64,000 nt of DNA from an uncultured Nannocystaceae bacterium (GTDB lineage Bacteria; Myxococcota_A; Polyangia; Nannocystales; Nannocystaceae). Where the stretch lies: NCBI GenBank assembly GCA_964432695.1, contig CAYSPB010000001.1, forward strand, positions 30,138-94,137, written 5' to 3'. A program made the translations under genes and the position numbers. Below, one piece after another: positions 7,808-17,662 of this stretch (positions are counted from its first letter, which is position 1; each line of letters starts with the position of its first letter). The notes beneath the pieces were generated by a model. That model did no database searches. It saw only the letters and a program-made list of their open reading frames with translations, and was not told where the DNA came from.

Positions 7808-9795
7808 CGGCCCTTGCGCTTCTCTTCCCAAACCCGCGCCATGACCTCGCGCTCTTCTTCGACCGTACGGTGGATGTGGAACACCACGATCTCCTCGGTC
7901 TCGAAGTACACCGACATGTTGGTGTAGGTCTCCATGTACTCGCGACACCATGATTCCAGCGCAACGTTGTCATCGGCCCGAGCTTCAAAAGCCTGAACCG
8001 ATCGGTAGCGGACGTTGGGCGCGGTCTTCTCGACGAACAGGAACACATGCGCGGTTGGGACCGTCGTAGCGCTGTTCTGCGGGTCCCACTTGTACGACTC
8101 CACGTCGAACTTCTCGAGGAAGTCCCCACGCGGGATCGACCAGCCTTCGCCTTCGACGTGCGTGGACAGCTCGGGGTGCGCAACCATGGTCCACTCGCCT
8201 GCGACGAACTCCTCCTTGATCTGATAGGCGGCGCCCAGGGTCGTTTCGGGCTCCATGCGCGCGTCGACCTCGCTGAACGAGGGGGGCGCGAAGATCAACA
8301 CGCCGATGACACCCGCGATCCCCGGGAGCTGTCGAAGCGGGCGCAGCGTGAGCACCCGGAACATCCGTCCCATCGGCATCGAGACCATGTCGTACAGGAC
8401 GTCGAAACCAAGTCCGACCACGACGGAGGCCAACGGCACGAGCAGCGCCATCACCCCGTCGGTGGACAGCATGGGCAGCCCGGTTTTGGGCAGCGAGAAC
8501 AGGGACCACGCGAAGAGGAATGCGAGGCAGGGGACGTCGATGCGGAAGTCCCGGCCGGCTTTCATCTTCATCTGGCGCACGCGGAAGAGCGTGGCCAGGG
8601 CGAAGGCCCCTGCGGCGAGCATGAGGGGTGCCTGCGCGATCTTGGGATCGGGCGCGCGCGGAGCGAGCGTCTCTCGGACCACGTCGAGGGCACCGTGTCC
8701 GAGGCCGAACCCGAGCACTTCGGCGATGAGGCCCCAACCCAGCGGCACCAGCGTGGCGACGATGCCGTAGCCAGCACACCGCGCGAGCATGCCGACGCCG
8801 CCCTTGCGAAACGACAGTTCACCCGTGGCGGCTGCGGCGAGGGCTGCCAAGCCGAGCGCGAGGCTGAGCGGGTGCACCGAGGCGAGCAGGACCAGCAGGC
8901 CCAGCGAGATGCGCTTGGGCCACGGTCCCTCTTGGCTGCCACTGAGCGATGCGACGAGCATGATGAAGAAGGGCGCTGCGAACGTGTAGGCGTGCAGTGC
9001 GGCTTCGGACTCCAGCACTGGAAGCAGCGGTCCGGACGTCGCAAAAGCACACAGCGCCGCGGCGATGGTGGCCCCACCGCTCCTTCGCGTGGGTGCGCGC
9101 AGGCGCACCGACAGGGCGTACACGGCCGTGGTCGTCAGCAAGGACCACGTGGTTCCCAGCACGCCCCACAGCAACATCTGGTCGACGCGCGAGAGCGTGT
9201 AGACGACCAGCGCAAACGCATGTGCACCCAGCGGGTAATAGCCGGATGCGAGCACCTCACCAGCGCCCAAGCGTTTGAGCCGCATGATGTTCTCGTGTGC
9301 GCGGGAGGAGTCCGGGTACGGATAGTCCAAGAAGGCGCTGTAGCGAACGAACAGCAGCGCACCGAGGATGAGCAGGAACGGTGCGTGATCGATGAGCCCA
9401 CCGACGATGCCCGCGGTGCGGTCGCCCAGTTTGGACCGGATCTTCGCCAGCGCCGCGTCCCGGATGCGGACCAGCTCGGCGCGCCCGCCGTCCAGAAGGT
9501 CGTAAACGACGATCTGAAGGCGGTCGCTGCCACGGAGCTCTCCTTCGGCAGGCTTCTTTCTACGGCTCAGTCCGACGCCGATGATGATGAGCGAACCGAT
9601 GAGCGAAACCCCGTCGAAGAGGTTCAGCAGCGTCAGCACATGCACCAACGCCACCAAGACCAGTACCAGCCGTCCCGCTTGCTGCGGCAAGGTGGCTTTG
9701 GTCAGCTCGCGCTCTTTTCCGAGCACGATTCCGGGTACCACGAAGAGGAGCAGTCCTCCCCAAAGCAGTACGCGGATGATTCCGTTGGCGATCAC
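7804..9795 (-). CDS. Polytopic inner-membrane protein (about 13-15 TM) with a roughly 150-aa C-terminal soluble domain; function unknown
   Basis: 663-aa ORF with a GTG start. Hydrophobic throughout until about residue 500. G/C-rich third positions support this frame over the Arg-rich alternatives. It is the first gene of the minus-strand operon and is translationally coupled to the BcsB-like gene. Confidence 0.75.
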   Translation of the reverse strand: MIANGIIRVLLWGGLLLFVVPGIVLGKERELTKATLPQQAGRLVLVLVALVHVLTLLNLFDGVSLIGSLIIIGVGLSRRKKPAEGELRGSDRLQIVVYDLLDGGRAELVRIRDAALAKIRSKLGDRTAGIVGGLIDHAPFLLILGALLFVRYSAFLDYPYPDSSRAHENIMRLKRLGAGEVLASGYYPLGAHAFALVVYTLSRVDQMLLWGVLGTTWSLLTTTAVYALSVRLRAPTRRSGGATIAAALCAFATSGPLLPVLESEAALHAYTFAAPFFIMLVASLSGSQEGPWPKRISLGLLVLLASVHPLSLALGLAALAAAATGELSFRKGGVGMLARCAGYGIVATLVPLGWGLIAEVLGFGLGHGALDVVRETLAPRAPDPKIAQAPLMLAAGAFALATLFRVRQMKMKAGRDFRIDVPCLAFLFAWSLFSLPKTGLPMLSTDGVMALLVPLASVVVGLGFDVLYDMVSMPMGRMFRVLTLRPLRQLPGIAGVIGVLIFAPPSFSEVDARMEPETTLGAAYQIKEEFVAGEWTMVAHPELSTHVEGEGWSIPRGDFLEKFDVESYKWDPQNSATTVPTAHVFLFVEKTAPNVRYRSVQAFEARADDNVALESWCREYMETYTNMSVYFETEEIVVFHIHRTVEEEREVMARVWEEKRKGR

Positions 9796-9955
9796 GGACG
9801 AGGGTTCCGAATCGATCCATCGGCTTTTCCCGGGGGTACCGCGAGCCCAGATCTGAAACCTTCAAGACTCGAATCGGGCCGCGGGATCTCGAAACGACCC
9901 CTTGCCGGTCGGCTGTCCGATCCACACGAGAGGTTCTCCCCAGGAGGACACCACC

Positions 9956-11803
9956 ATGTGCGGCATCGTTGGATACATCGGATTTCGGAACGGCGTGACC
10001 GAGTGCCTCAAGGGCCTCGAGCGCCTCGAGTACCGCGGCTATGACTCGTCGGGCGTTGCGGCCATCGACATGAGCGGTCAGCTCGAGGTCAATCGAGCGG
10101 TCGGCGGCGTCGCAAACCTCACCGAGAAGGTCGAGCAAGCCCAGCAGCTCGGTCGCACGGCGATTGGCCACACCCGCTGGGCCACGCATGGCGAGCCGGC
10201 GGAGCACAACGCCCACCCTCATGTGGACTGCACCGGCCAGTTCGCGGTCGTGCATAACGGCATCATCGAGAACCACGCTGCGCTGCGCGCCGAGCTGAAG
10301 CTCAAGGGGCATCAGTTCCAATCCGACACCGACACCGAGGTCATCGCGCACCTCGTCGAGGAGAACTACGACGGGGACCTGCTTGAGGCGGTCAAGGTCT
10401 CGGCCGAGCGTCTGCGTGGGACCTACGGTTTTGCGGTCGTGCACGCCACCGACGACGACGAGTCGGAGATCGTCACCACTCGCCGTGGCAGTCCGCTCGT
10501 GGTTGGGCTCGGTGATGACGAGGCGTTCCTCGCTTCGGACGTGGTCGCGGTTCTCAACCGCACCCGTCAGGTCCTCTTCTTGGAGGATGGGGACTTCGCG
10601 GTGCTCAAGCGCAACTCGGTCGAGCTGTTCGACCAGAGCGGCGCAAAGGTTTCGCGCGAGATCACCGAGGTGGAATGGTCGGCCGAAGCGGCGGAGCGCG
10701 GGGGCTACGAGCACTTCATGCGCAAGGAGATCGGCGAGCAGCCCAGCACCCTCGAGCGGATCTGTACCGGCCGCGTCAGCACCGACGAAGCCGGTCGCCG
10801 GAGTGTCGACCTGCCCGAGATGAAGGCGCTGTTCGACGACGCCGAGCCGCCCACCCGCATGGCGGCGGCATCTTGCGGGACCTCGTATCACGCCAGCCTC
10901 GTGGCCAAGTGGTACATGGAGCGACTCGCGAAGATCCCGACGGACGTCTATATCGCCTCGGAGTTTCGGTACGAAGAACCGCTGCTCGAGCAGACCGACG
11001 CCTTCTTGTCGGTCAGCCAGTCCGGCGAAACCGCGGACACGCTCGCCTCGCTCGACCTCGCACGCGGGACCGAGCTCAAGTCGCTGGCGATCTGCAACGT
11101 CATCGGGAGCCGGCTTTGTCGCGAAGCCGATGCGACCATCTTGACGCAGGCGGGTCCGGAGGTTGGGGTCGCATCGACCAAGGCGTTCTCGTCGCAGGTC
11201 ATCGCCGGCCTGCTCGTTGCGCTCGACCTCGGCCTTCGCAAGGGCACCGTCACCCCGGATCAGGCGGACACGGTTCTCGCCGACCTCGAGAAGCTGCCCG
11301 ACTATGTCCGCGCGGTCCTCGACCAGGAGGCGCACATCGAAGCCATTGCCAAGAAGCACGCGAACGCCCGAGCGTTCCTGTTCCTCGGCCGCGGTGTGCA
11401 GGTGCCCGTTGCGCTGGAGGGTGCGCTCAAGCTCAAGGAAATCTCCTACACCCCGGCCGAAGGCGGGGCGGCCGGAGAGATCAAGCACGGGCCCATCGCC
11501 CTCATCGACCCTGAGGTGAGCACCATCTTCCTGGCCACGCCCTCGCCCACGCACGACAAGCTCATGGCGAACATATCGGCGATTGCTGCGCGCAAAGGTC
11601 CGATCATCGCCGTGGCCGTCGAGGGCACCCAAAACCTCGAAACGCTGGCTGAAGACGTCATTACTGTGCCGCACGCCAGCGCAGAGCTCCAGCCGGTCGT
11701 GAACACGGTCGCGCTGCAGCTGCTCAGCTATCACGTCGCGCGGGCACTCGACCGCGAGATCGACAAGCCTCGCAACCTCGCCAAGAGCGTCACGGTAGAG
11801 TAG
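9956..11803 (+). CDS. glmS: Glutamine--fructose-6-phosphate aminotransferase
   Basis: Starts MCGIVGYIG (Cys2 nucleophile) with the SD sequence CAGGAGGA 8 nt upstream. Has SIS-domain motifs (SQSGETADT) and the C-terminal KPRNLAKSVTVE. 615 aa. Confidence 0.97.
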   Translation: MCGIVGYIGFRNGVTECLKGLERLEYRGYDSSGVAAIDMSGQLEVNRAVGGVANLTEKVEQAQQLGRTAIGHTRWATHGEPAEHNAHPHVDCTGQFAVVHNGIIENHAALRAELKLKGHQFQSDTDTEVIAHLVEENYDGDLLEAVKVSAERLRGTYGFAVVHATDDDESEIVTTRRGSPLVVGLGDDEAFLASDVVAVLNRTRQVLFLEDGDFAVLKRNSVELFDQSGAKVSREITEVEWSAEAAERGGYEHFMRKEIGEQPSTLERICTGRVSTDEAGRRSVDLPEMKALFDDAEPPTRMAAASCGTSYHASLVAKWYMERLAKIPTDVYIASEFRYEEPLLEQTDAFLSVSQSGETADTLASLDLARGTELKSLAICNVIGSRLCREADATILTQAGPEVGVASTKAFSSQVIAGLLVALDLGLRKGTVTPDQADTVLADLEKLPDYVRAVLDQEAHIEAIAKKHANARAFLFLGRGVQVPVALEGALKLKEISYTPAEGGAAGEIKHGPIALIDPEVSTIFLATPSPTHDKLMANISAIAARKGPIIAVAVEGTQNLETLAEDVITVPHASAELQPVVNTVALQLLSYHVARALDREIDKPRNLAKSVTVE

Positions 11804-11808
11804 TCGCC

Positions 11809-12753
11809 ATGTACATCATCACAGGCGGCGCAGGCTTCATCGGTTCGCAGCTCGTCCGCGACTTGCTCGCGGAAGGCGAGCGAGTGGTGGTGCTGGACAA
11901 CTTTTCCACGGGGCAGCGGTCGAATCTCGCAGGGCTCGACACCGAGCGGCTCGCGACCATCGAGACGAACATTGCCGATGGCCTCTGGCCGGGCATGTCC
12001 CAAGTGGACCCCTCGTGGGGCAAGCCCAAAGCGATCGTGCACCTTGCGGCCCAGGTCGCGGTGGTGGCTTCGGTCGCCAACCCGCTCGACGATGTGCGGC
12101 TCAACTACGCCACCACGATGCACGTCCTCGAGTACGCGCGCTTCTCGGGGGCACCGCGCATCGTGTTCGCCTCTTCGGCGGCGACGTACGGCAACCTCGA
12201 TACCGTCCCGCTCACCGAAGAGATGGCGCGATGGCCCGTGAGCCCCTACGGCATCAACAAGTTCGGGTCGGAGATGTGCCTTCGGTACTACGCCGAAGTC
12301 CACGGCGTGCCCACGGCGTCGCTTCGATTCTTCAACGTCTACGGACCGCGTCAGGACCCCAGCAACCCATACTCGGGCGTCATCTCGATCTTCATGCAGC
12401 GCGCCCTCGACGGGGAGCGCATCACGATCTTCGGGGATGGCGAGCAGACCCGCGACTTCGTCTACGTCGGCGACGTGTCCCAGGCGATTCGGCGTGCGGC
12501 CTCCGAAGACTTCGGCGGCGACGTGTTCAACGTCGGGACTTCCACCGAAACCACGGTCAACCAGCTCGCGCAGACCATTGCGCGACAGTGCAACAGCACG
12601 TCCGAGATCCTCCACGCGCCTGCACGCAAGGGCGAGATTCTGCGTTCCAGCGCCAACATCTCCGCCGCCCGCGAAAAGCTCGGCTTCGATCCCAAGATGA
12701 GCCTCGAATCGGGCCTGCAGCACACGTTGGACTGGTTTCGCAGCACGCGCTGA
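11809..12753 (+). CDS. NAD-dependent SDR epimerase/dehydratase, probably a UDP-hexose/UDP-HexNAc 4-epimerase
   Basis: Has the Rossmann motif ITGGAGFIGS and a YGINK catalytic Y-x3-K. 314 aa, 5 nt after the glmS stop. Substrate is not determinable from sequence alone. Confidence 0.85.
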   Translation: MYIITGGAGFIGSQLVRDLLAEGERVVVLDNFSTGQRSNLAGLDTERLATIETNIADGLWPGMSQVDPSWGKPKAIVHLAAQVAVVASVANPLDDVRLNYATTMHVLEYARFSGAPRIVFASSAATYGNLDTVPLTEEMARWPVSPYGINKFGSEMCLRYYAEVHGVPTASLRFFNVYGPRQDPSNPYSGVISIFMQRALDGERITIFGDGEQTRDFVYVGDVSQAIRRAASEDFGGDVFNVGTSTETTVNQLAQTIARQCNSTSEILHAPARKGEILRSSANISAAREKLGFDPKMSLESGLQHTLDWFRSTR

Positions 12754-12768
12754 CCCAGATGATCTTCG

Positions 12769-14394
12769 ATGCCTCCCGACGGCACGATCGGCGAACTCGA
12801 TGAACGTCAGCGGGCGTTCGAAGAGCGGCGCGCAGAGACCCGGGAGAAGGTGATCGAAAAAGTCGGGTGGCCGCTCGATGCCTGGGCGGTCGCCGCGACG
12901 CTGGAGAGCTTCGGTCTGCGAGACGTCGATGCCGAGGAGCAGTTCGGCTCCGGGAGCATCTTCCACCTCGCAGAGACCATCTACGAGGAGATTTACAGCG
13001 GGCCTTCGGAGGCGACCGAGCTCAAGGCGATGGAGTCCCTCACGCCGTGGGCCCGCCTCAAGTCGTTCGTCGTGCACTACTGCAAGGGCACGTTGTTCGC
13101 GATGCCCATGGCGACGCAGATCGCCGCGGTACTCATTCTTCGCTACTCGCTGTGGGCGTGGCTCGACTTCTCGAACCTCGAAGCGACGCTGGTGGCGCTG
13201 GGCACGATCGCGAGTTTCGTCGTCACGGGGGGCTTCATTCAGGCGATCGGCCGCGAGGGCACCTTCTACTCCGGGCAGAAGAACTGGAAGCTGCTCGAGG
13301 AGGTCTGTCGTCTCATCATCCTGACGGGCACCGGATTGATGCTCGCGGTCGTGATCGGCTTCTGCGTGTTCAACCTGTTCGTGCCGGTGCTCGCGTGGCG
13401 CTACGCGGTGGTCTCGCTGACCTACTTCGTGCTGCTGTCACCGATGTGGTTGTTTCTCGGCGTGTTGTTCATGCTTCAGGACAACCTCGCGATCGTCATC
13501 ACGACGTCCGTCGGCACCGTCGCCGTGCACCTGATGATGACGTACACCTCGTTCGGGATCTACGCTGCGCACTGGGTCGGCTTGGCCGTGACGAACACGG
13601 TTGCCTGTGGCTACGGCGCGTTCCGCATTCGCAAGCGCCGCAAAGAGCTCGAGAAGCGCTTCGAGAAATCGCTGCTGCCTCGTTCTTCGGTGCTGCTGTA
13701 CATCGTGCTGCCGTTCCTCGTGTACGGGGTGCTGTACTTTACCTTCCTCAATGCCGACCGGATCATCGGCTGGTCGGCGGCGCGGGGGTACTTGCCGCTG
13801 GTGATCTGGTTTCGCACCCCGTACGAGCTGGGCATGGACTGGGCGCTGCTCAGCCTCGTGTTCACGATCGCCGTCCTCGAGTATTCGGTCAACGAGTTCA
13901 GCCGCACGATCATCCCGGTGCAAGAGTCGACGAAGGCTGCCGACTACAAGGAGCACAATCGACACTATCAGCGCTTCTACAACCGGCAGCGCATCATGCT
14001 GGCCGTTGTCGCGGTGATCAGCATCGCCATCACCTACTTTGGCGTGCGGTCGCTGGAGCGCTTCGATCACATCAAGGAGGTGCGTGACTTCTTCGCCAGC
14101 CCGATCACCTATGAGGTGTTCTGGTATGCGGCCATTTCGTACTCCTTGCTCGCGCTGGGCCTACTCAACTCACTGTTCTTTTTCTCGTTGGCCCGCCCGA
14201 ACGTCGTGGTGGCCTGCATTTGGCCGGCGTTGTTGACGAATGTGGTGGTCGGCTACGTCGCCAGTCGCATGATCTCTTTCGAGTACAGCGTGCTCGGCTT
14301 GCTCGCCGGGAGTCTGGTGTTCGCGATTCTCACCTCCCGCCGCGCCGCGACGCTCTTCCGCACGCTCGACTTCTACTACTACTCCGCTTTCTGA
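12769..14394 (+). CDS. Polytopic membrane protein (about 12 TM); candidate polysaccharide exporter from context (PelG/flippase-like role is a guess)
   Basis: 541 aa. A roughly 90-aa cytoplasmic N-terminus is followed by hydrophobic segments to the C-terminus. Sits between the epimerase and the GAF-HD-GYP gene. I recognised no catalytic motif. Confidence 0.6.
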   Translation: MPPDGTIGELDERQRAFEERRAETREKVIEKVGWPLDAWAVAATLESFGLRDVDAEEQFGSGSIFHLAETIYEEIYSGPSEATELKAMESLTPWARLKSFVVHYCKGTLFAMPMATQIAAVLILRYSLWAWLDFSNLEATLVALGTIASFVVTGGFIQAIGREGTFYSGQKNWKLLEEVCRLIILTGTGLMLAVVIGFCVFNLFVPVLAWRYAVVSLTYFVLLSPMWLFLGVLFMLQDNLAIVITTSVGTVAVHLMMTYTSFGIYAAHWVGLAVTNTVACGYGAFRIRKRRKELEKRFEKSLLPRSSVLLYIVLPFLVYGVLYFTFLNADRIIGWSAARGYLPLVIWFRTPYELGMDWALLSLVFTIAVLEYSVNEFSRTIIPVQESTKAADYKEHNRHYQRFYNRQRIMLAVVAVISIAITYFGVRSLERFDHIKEVRDFFASPITYEVFWYAAISYSLLALGLLNSLFFFSLARPNVVVACIWPALLTNVVVGYVASRMISFEYSVLGLLAGSLVFAILTSRRAATLFRTLDFYYYSAF

Positions 14395-14403
14395 GTTCCG
14401 CCA

Positions 14404-15942
14404 ATGAGCTTCTTCCAAGCCGTTGTTCCTCTGTCCGAGAGCGTCGCTCGCCTGCTGACCAAGCAGCGCGGCGAGCCTTCGTTCGAGGACGTGCTCGAAG
14501 CGTTTCGCAAGGAGCTCGACGTGCTCGCGATCGGTTGGTACCGACGCAACCGTGGCTCATATGAGCTGGTCGTCGGCCTGCAGCCCGAGCCTGAACCCGA
14601 GGAGGCCGGGCCGAAGGAAGTTCCCGGTGGGCGGTTCTTTGCCCGCCGAGAGCCGCCCCCGATGCACGAGGAGAACGACCAGCACCCGCTGATCGATGGC
14701 GATGCGGAGCTGCGGCTCCAGCTGCCGGGCAGCGACGACTATCTGGGTCTCAACCTCGTCGGCGCCCTTGCGCGACCGCACCTTGTCACCCCGTTTGCGG
14801 GTGGGCTGCTGGTGATGGGCAGCTTCGCCTCACGCTCGCTGGCCAAGAAGGCCAAGCAGCGCTGGGACGAGAGCGCCGCAACGCTGCAGATCATCGGCAG
14901 GAGTGCGCTCGACCGTGCCGACCACCAAAGTGAAGTGACTCGACTCGAGGGTCGACTGCGCACCGCGAATCGAACCATTGCCTCCGCGCTCGACATGGGC
15001 GCTCTGTTCAAAGCGTTGTTGTCTGTAGCCGCCCGGGCGAGCCGTCACCAAGGGGCCTTCATCGGACGACGCGATGGCGACGGTTTCGTGCTTCGGACCC
15101 AGTACGGCCTCGACGACGTCGTTGGTGGCCTGGTCGGGCAACGTGTCGACGGCACGCTGTTCGACCTCGAGATGGTGATGGACGAGCCGATCATCGTCCC
15201 CAAGGACCTCTCGGAGCTGACGGGGATGGGTGTGGATTCGCTGCTGGCCTTTCCCATCCTCAACGACGGAGAGCTGGCCGGCGTGCTCGGACTGGTGAAC
15301 TCCAAGCGCAAGGCGGGCGTGCAAGACGGCGACTACGGCCTATTGGCGTCGTTCACCGAGCAGATCTCACGGGTGATGGCCCGCGAGATCGAGGTCGTCG
15401 CGTTCGGGAACACCTACTTCGACACGCTGCAGGCGCTGTGTCGCGCCCTCGACTTGGCGCGCGGTTGTGAAGGGCACCACGAGCGCGTCTCCAACCTCGC
15501 GGCTCAGATGGCTGCCGCCGACGGTCTCGACGAACGCAGCGTCGATTTGCTGCGCCGCGCGGGTTTGGTGCACGACGTCGGACTCGTGCAAGCCGCCGGC
15601 GGTTCTCGCGACGTGCAGACCGAGTTCGGTCACCCCACGCTCGGCGCACTTCTGGCTGGCCCGCTGCGCGACGGGGCGGAGCTCGCAGCGCTCATTCGCG
15701 AGCACCACGAGACCGACGACGGCTTCGGGTTTCCCGACGCGCTCGAGCAAGACAACCTGGCGCCGCTCGGGCGGTACCTCGCTTTGTCCGAGTACATCGT
15801 CGAACGCATGACGGGCAACCAGATTTCCGAAGGGCTCGATGCCGACGCGATGCGGGCCGAGCTTCTGCGAGCCGATGCACGCTTCAGCAAGCATCTGCGC
15901 GAGGTGGCAGCCAAGCAGCTGCGTGCACTCAAGGTGGCCTGA
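14404..15942 (+). CDS. GAF-domain protein with a C-terminal variant HD-GYP domain (c-di-GMP phosphodiesterase or receptor)
   Basis: HD-GYP metal-ligand pattern is present: HHERV ... LVHDVGL ... GHPTLGALL ... EHHETDDGFGFPDAL. The usual HDxGK lysine is Leu and GYP reads GFP. A central GAF-like region is present (AFPILNDGELAGVLGLVN). Confidence 0.75.
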   Translation: MSFFQAVVPLSESVARLLTKQRGEPSFEDVLEAFRKELDVLAIGWYRRNRGSYELVVGLQPEPEPEEAGPKEVPGGRFFARREPPPMHEENDQHPLIDGDAELRLQLPGSDDYLGLNLVGALARPHLVTPFAGGLLVMGSFASRSLAKKAKQRWDESAATLQIIGRSALDRADHQSEVTRLEGRLRTANRTIASALDMGALFKALLSVAARASRHQGAFIGRRDGDGFVLRTQYGLDDVVGGLVGQRVDGTLFDLEMVMDEPIIVPKDLSELTGMGVDSLLAFPILNDGELAGVLGLVNSKRKAGVQDGDYGLLASFTEQISRVMAREIEVVAFGNTYFDTLQALCRALDLARGCEGHHERVSNLAAQMAAADGLDERSVDLLRRAGLVHDVGLVQAAGGSRDVQTEFGHPTLGALLAGPLRDGAELAALIREHHETDDGFGFPDALEQDNLAPLGRYLALSEYIVERMTGNQISEGLDADAMRAELLRADARFSKHLREVAAKQLRALKVA

Positions 15943-15945
15943 CCC

Positions 15946-17640
15946 ATGGCGGAGCCCGACCAGGAAAAGCTCTCCGTTCTGTTCACCACCGAGGGCACCT
16001 ACCCGTTCATGGGTGGCGGGGTGAGTACGTGGTGCCACATCCTGTGCGAGTTCCTGCCCGAGATCGACTGGGAGATCTTTGCGGTGGTCGCCGACCCGGG
16101 CGGCGAAGACAAGTACGCCACCCACGAGTTTCCCCAGATTCGCTCGATCATGAAGGTGCCGCTGTGGGGCGCTGAAGAGCAGGCCGAATACATCGACACG
16201 CGACCGTTTCGATTCTCTTTCCGCCGCAAGGTCACCACGACGCAACGGGTCATCAAGACCAAGTTCGTGCCGCTGTTCCAGGAGCTGCTCGAGGGCTTCG
16301 AAAACCCCGGCATCGACATGTGGAAGTACGGCAAGACCGTCCACGAGATCTACAAGTACTTTCAGGCCTACGACTACCGCGAAACCATGCGGTCCGAGGC
16401 TACGTGGAACTGCTGGCGGGACTTTCACAATAACGTTGCTGCCACCGACCCCACGTTTCGCGAATGTGATCGGCCGTGCCTGTTCGATCTCACGACGGCG
16501 CTGCGGTGGATGTTCAACATGTTCATGCCCATCGTCGCGACCATCCCCGAGACGGACGTCAGTCACGCGTCGATCGCCGCGTCCACGGCATTGGCAAACA
16601 TCGTCGCCAAGTTCGAGTACGGCACGCCGTTCTTGCTCACCGACCACGGTGTGTACATTCGCGAGCGTTACATCGCGTGCTCGGCCGCCGAGATGAGCTT
16701 CTTTTGCAAGCGCTTCTTGGTGAAGCTTGCCGGCTTCTACACCAAGCTTTGCTACTTATTCGCCGATCAGATCAGCCCGTGTGCGCACTTCAACGCGCGG
16801 TGGGAGCTGCCGTTCGGATGTGTCCGCGACCGCCCCGAGACCATCGACTTCAGTGATTGGGACGGCACCGGCATCGTGCCCAACATCGGCTCGTTTCCAT
16901 TCATCGAGCCCACGTACAAGGCGCTCGTCGACAAGGACCTCATGGGGGTCTACGAGCAGGAGACCGAGTTTCCCTGGGTGCGAACGATCTACAACGGGGT
17001 GGACTGCGAGAAGTTCAAGCCCGGAGAAAAGCCGGAGCACCTTCGCGGACGGCCGACGTGCGTCGCGCTGGCGCGCGTCTTTCCGCTCAAGGACGTGCTC
17101 ACGATGATCCGCTCGTGTGCCGTCGTGCGGAAGGAACTCGAGAACATCAAGTACATCGTCTACGGCTCGCTCAAGGCCGACCCGCCGTACGTCGAAAAGT
17201 GCAACAAGCTGATCGCCGAGCTCGGTCTCGAAGAGAACTTCGACCTTGCTGGCTATCACTCCAAGCCGGCCGAGGCGTTCTGGGAAGGTGACATCAGCGT
17301 GCTGTCGAGCATCTCGGAGGGTTTCCCGTTCACCGTCCTCGAGAGCATGGCCGCCGGGGTGCCTGTGGTCGGCACTGACGTGGGCGGATGCAAAGAGGCG
17401 ATCGGCACGGGCGCAGACTCGTGCGGCGTCGTGGTGCCGCCGCAGAACCCCGAAGCCTTCGGCCAGGGGGTTCTCAAGATGCTCACCAACGAAGATCTCC
17501 GCCTCGAGATGGCGCGGAAAGGTCGGGAGCGGGTGCTGCGACTCTTCCAGACCTCGACCTCGGTCGATGCCTACGCGGAAAGCTATCGCCGGTTGGCGCA
17601 GGTGAAGCGAGCCCGCAACGCCGCGACCGAAGCCGCCTGA
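15946..17640 (+). CDS. PelF-like GT4 glycosyltransferase (DUF3492-type N-terminal region plus Glycos_transf_1)
   Basis: N-terminus has LFTTEGTYPFMGGGVSTWCHIL. Has an EX7E motif (SISEGFPFTVLESMAAGVPVVGTDVGG). 564 aa. ATG lies 3 nt after the preceding stop. Confidence 0.85.
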   Translation: MAEPDQEKLSVLFTTEGTYPFMGGGVSTWCHILCEFLPEIDWEIFAVVADPGGEDKYATHEFPQIRSIMKVPLWGAEEQAEYIDTRPFRFSFRRKVTTTQRVIKTKFVPLFQELLEGFENPGIDMWKYGKTVHEIYKYFQAYDYRETMRSEATWNCWRDFHNNVAATDPTFRECDRPCLFDLTTALRWMFNMFMPIVATIPETDVSHASIAASTALANIVAKFEYGTPFLLTDHGVYIRERYIACSAAEMSFFCKRFLVKLAGFYTKLCYLFADQISPCAHFNARWELPFGCVRDRPETIDFSDWDGTGIVPNIGSFPFIEPTYKALVDKDLMGVYEQETEFPWVRTIYNGVDCEKFKPGEKPEHLRGRPTCVALARVFPLKDVLTMIRSCAVVRKELENIKYIVYGSLKADPPYVEKCNKLIAELGLEENFDLAGYHSKPAEAFWEGDISVLSSISEGFPFTVLESMAAGVPVVGTDVGGCKEAIGTGADSCGVVVPPQNPEAFGQGVLKMLTNEDLRLEMARKGRERVLRLFQTSTSVDAYAESYRRLAQVKRARNAATEAA

Positions 17641-17662
17641 CCCAGCCGCTTGGAATCCGGCC

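Noticed and set aside
9796-9955. Looked for a glmS ribozyme in the glmS leader.
   Set aside because: The 160-nt region shows none of the conserved core segments I remember. It is also shared with the divergent operon promoter. glmS ribozymes are not expected in this lineage.
9560-11734. A 724-aa minus-strand ORF and the 665-aa plus-strand ORF at 8047-10044.
   Set aside because: They are antisense to or overlap glmS and the 663-aa membrane protein. Both are Arg/Gly/Asp/His-rich nonsense. glmS identity is unambiguous.
12769-14394. Tempting to name the 541-aa membrane protein PelG.
   Set aside because: I cannot recall a diagnostic PelG motif to verify against. The call rests only on gene order next to a PelF-like GT, so it stays a generic candidate exporter.
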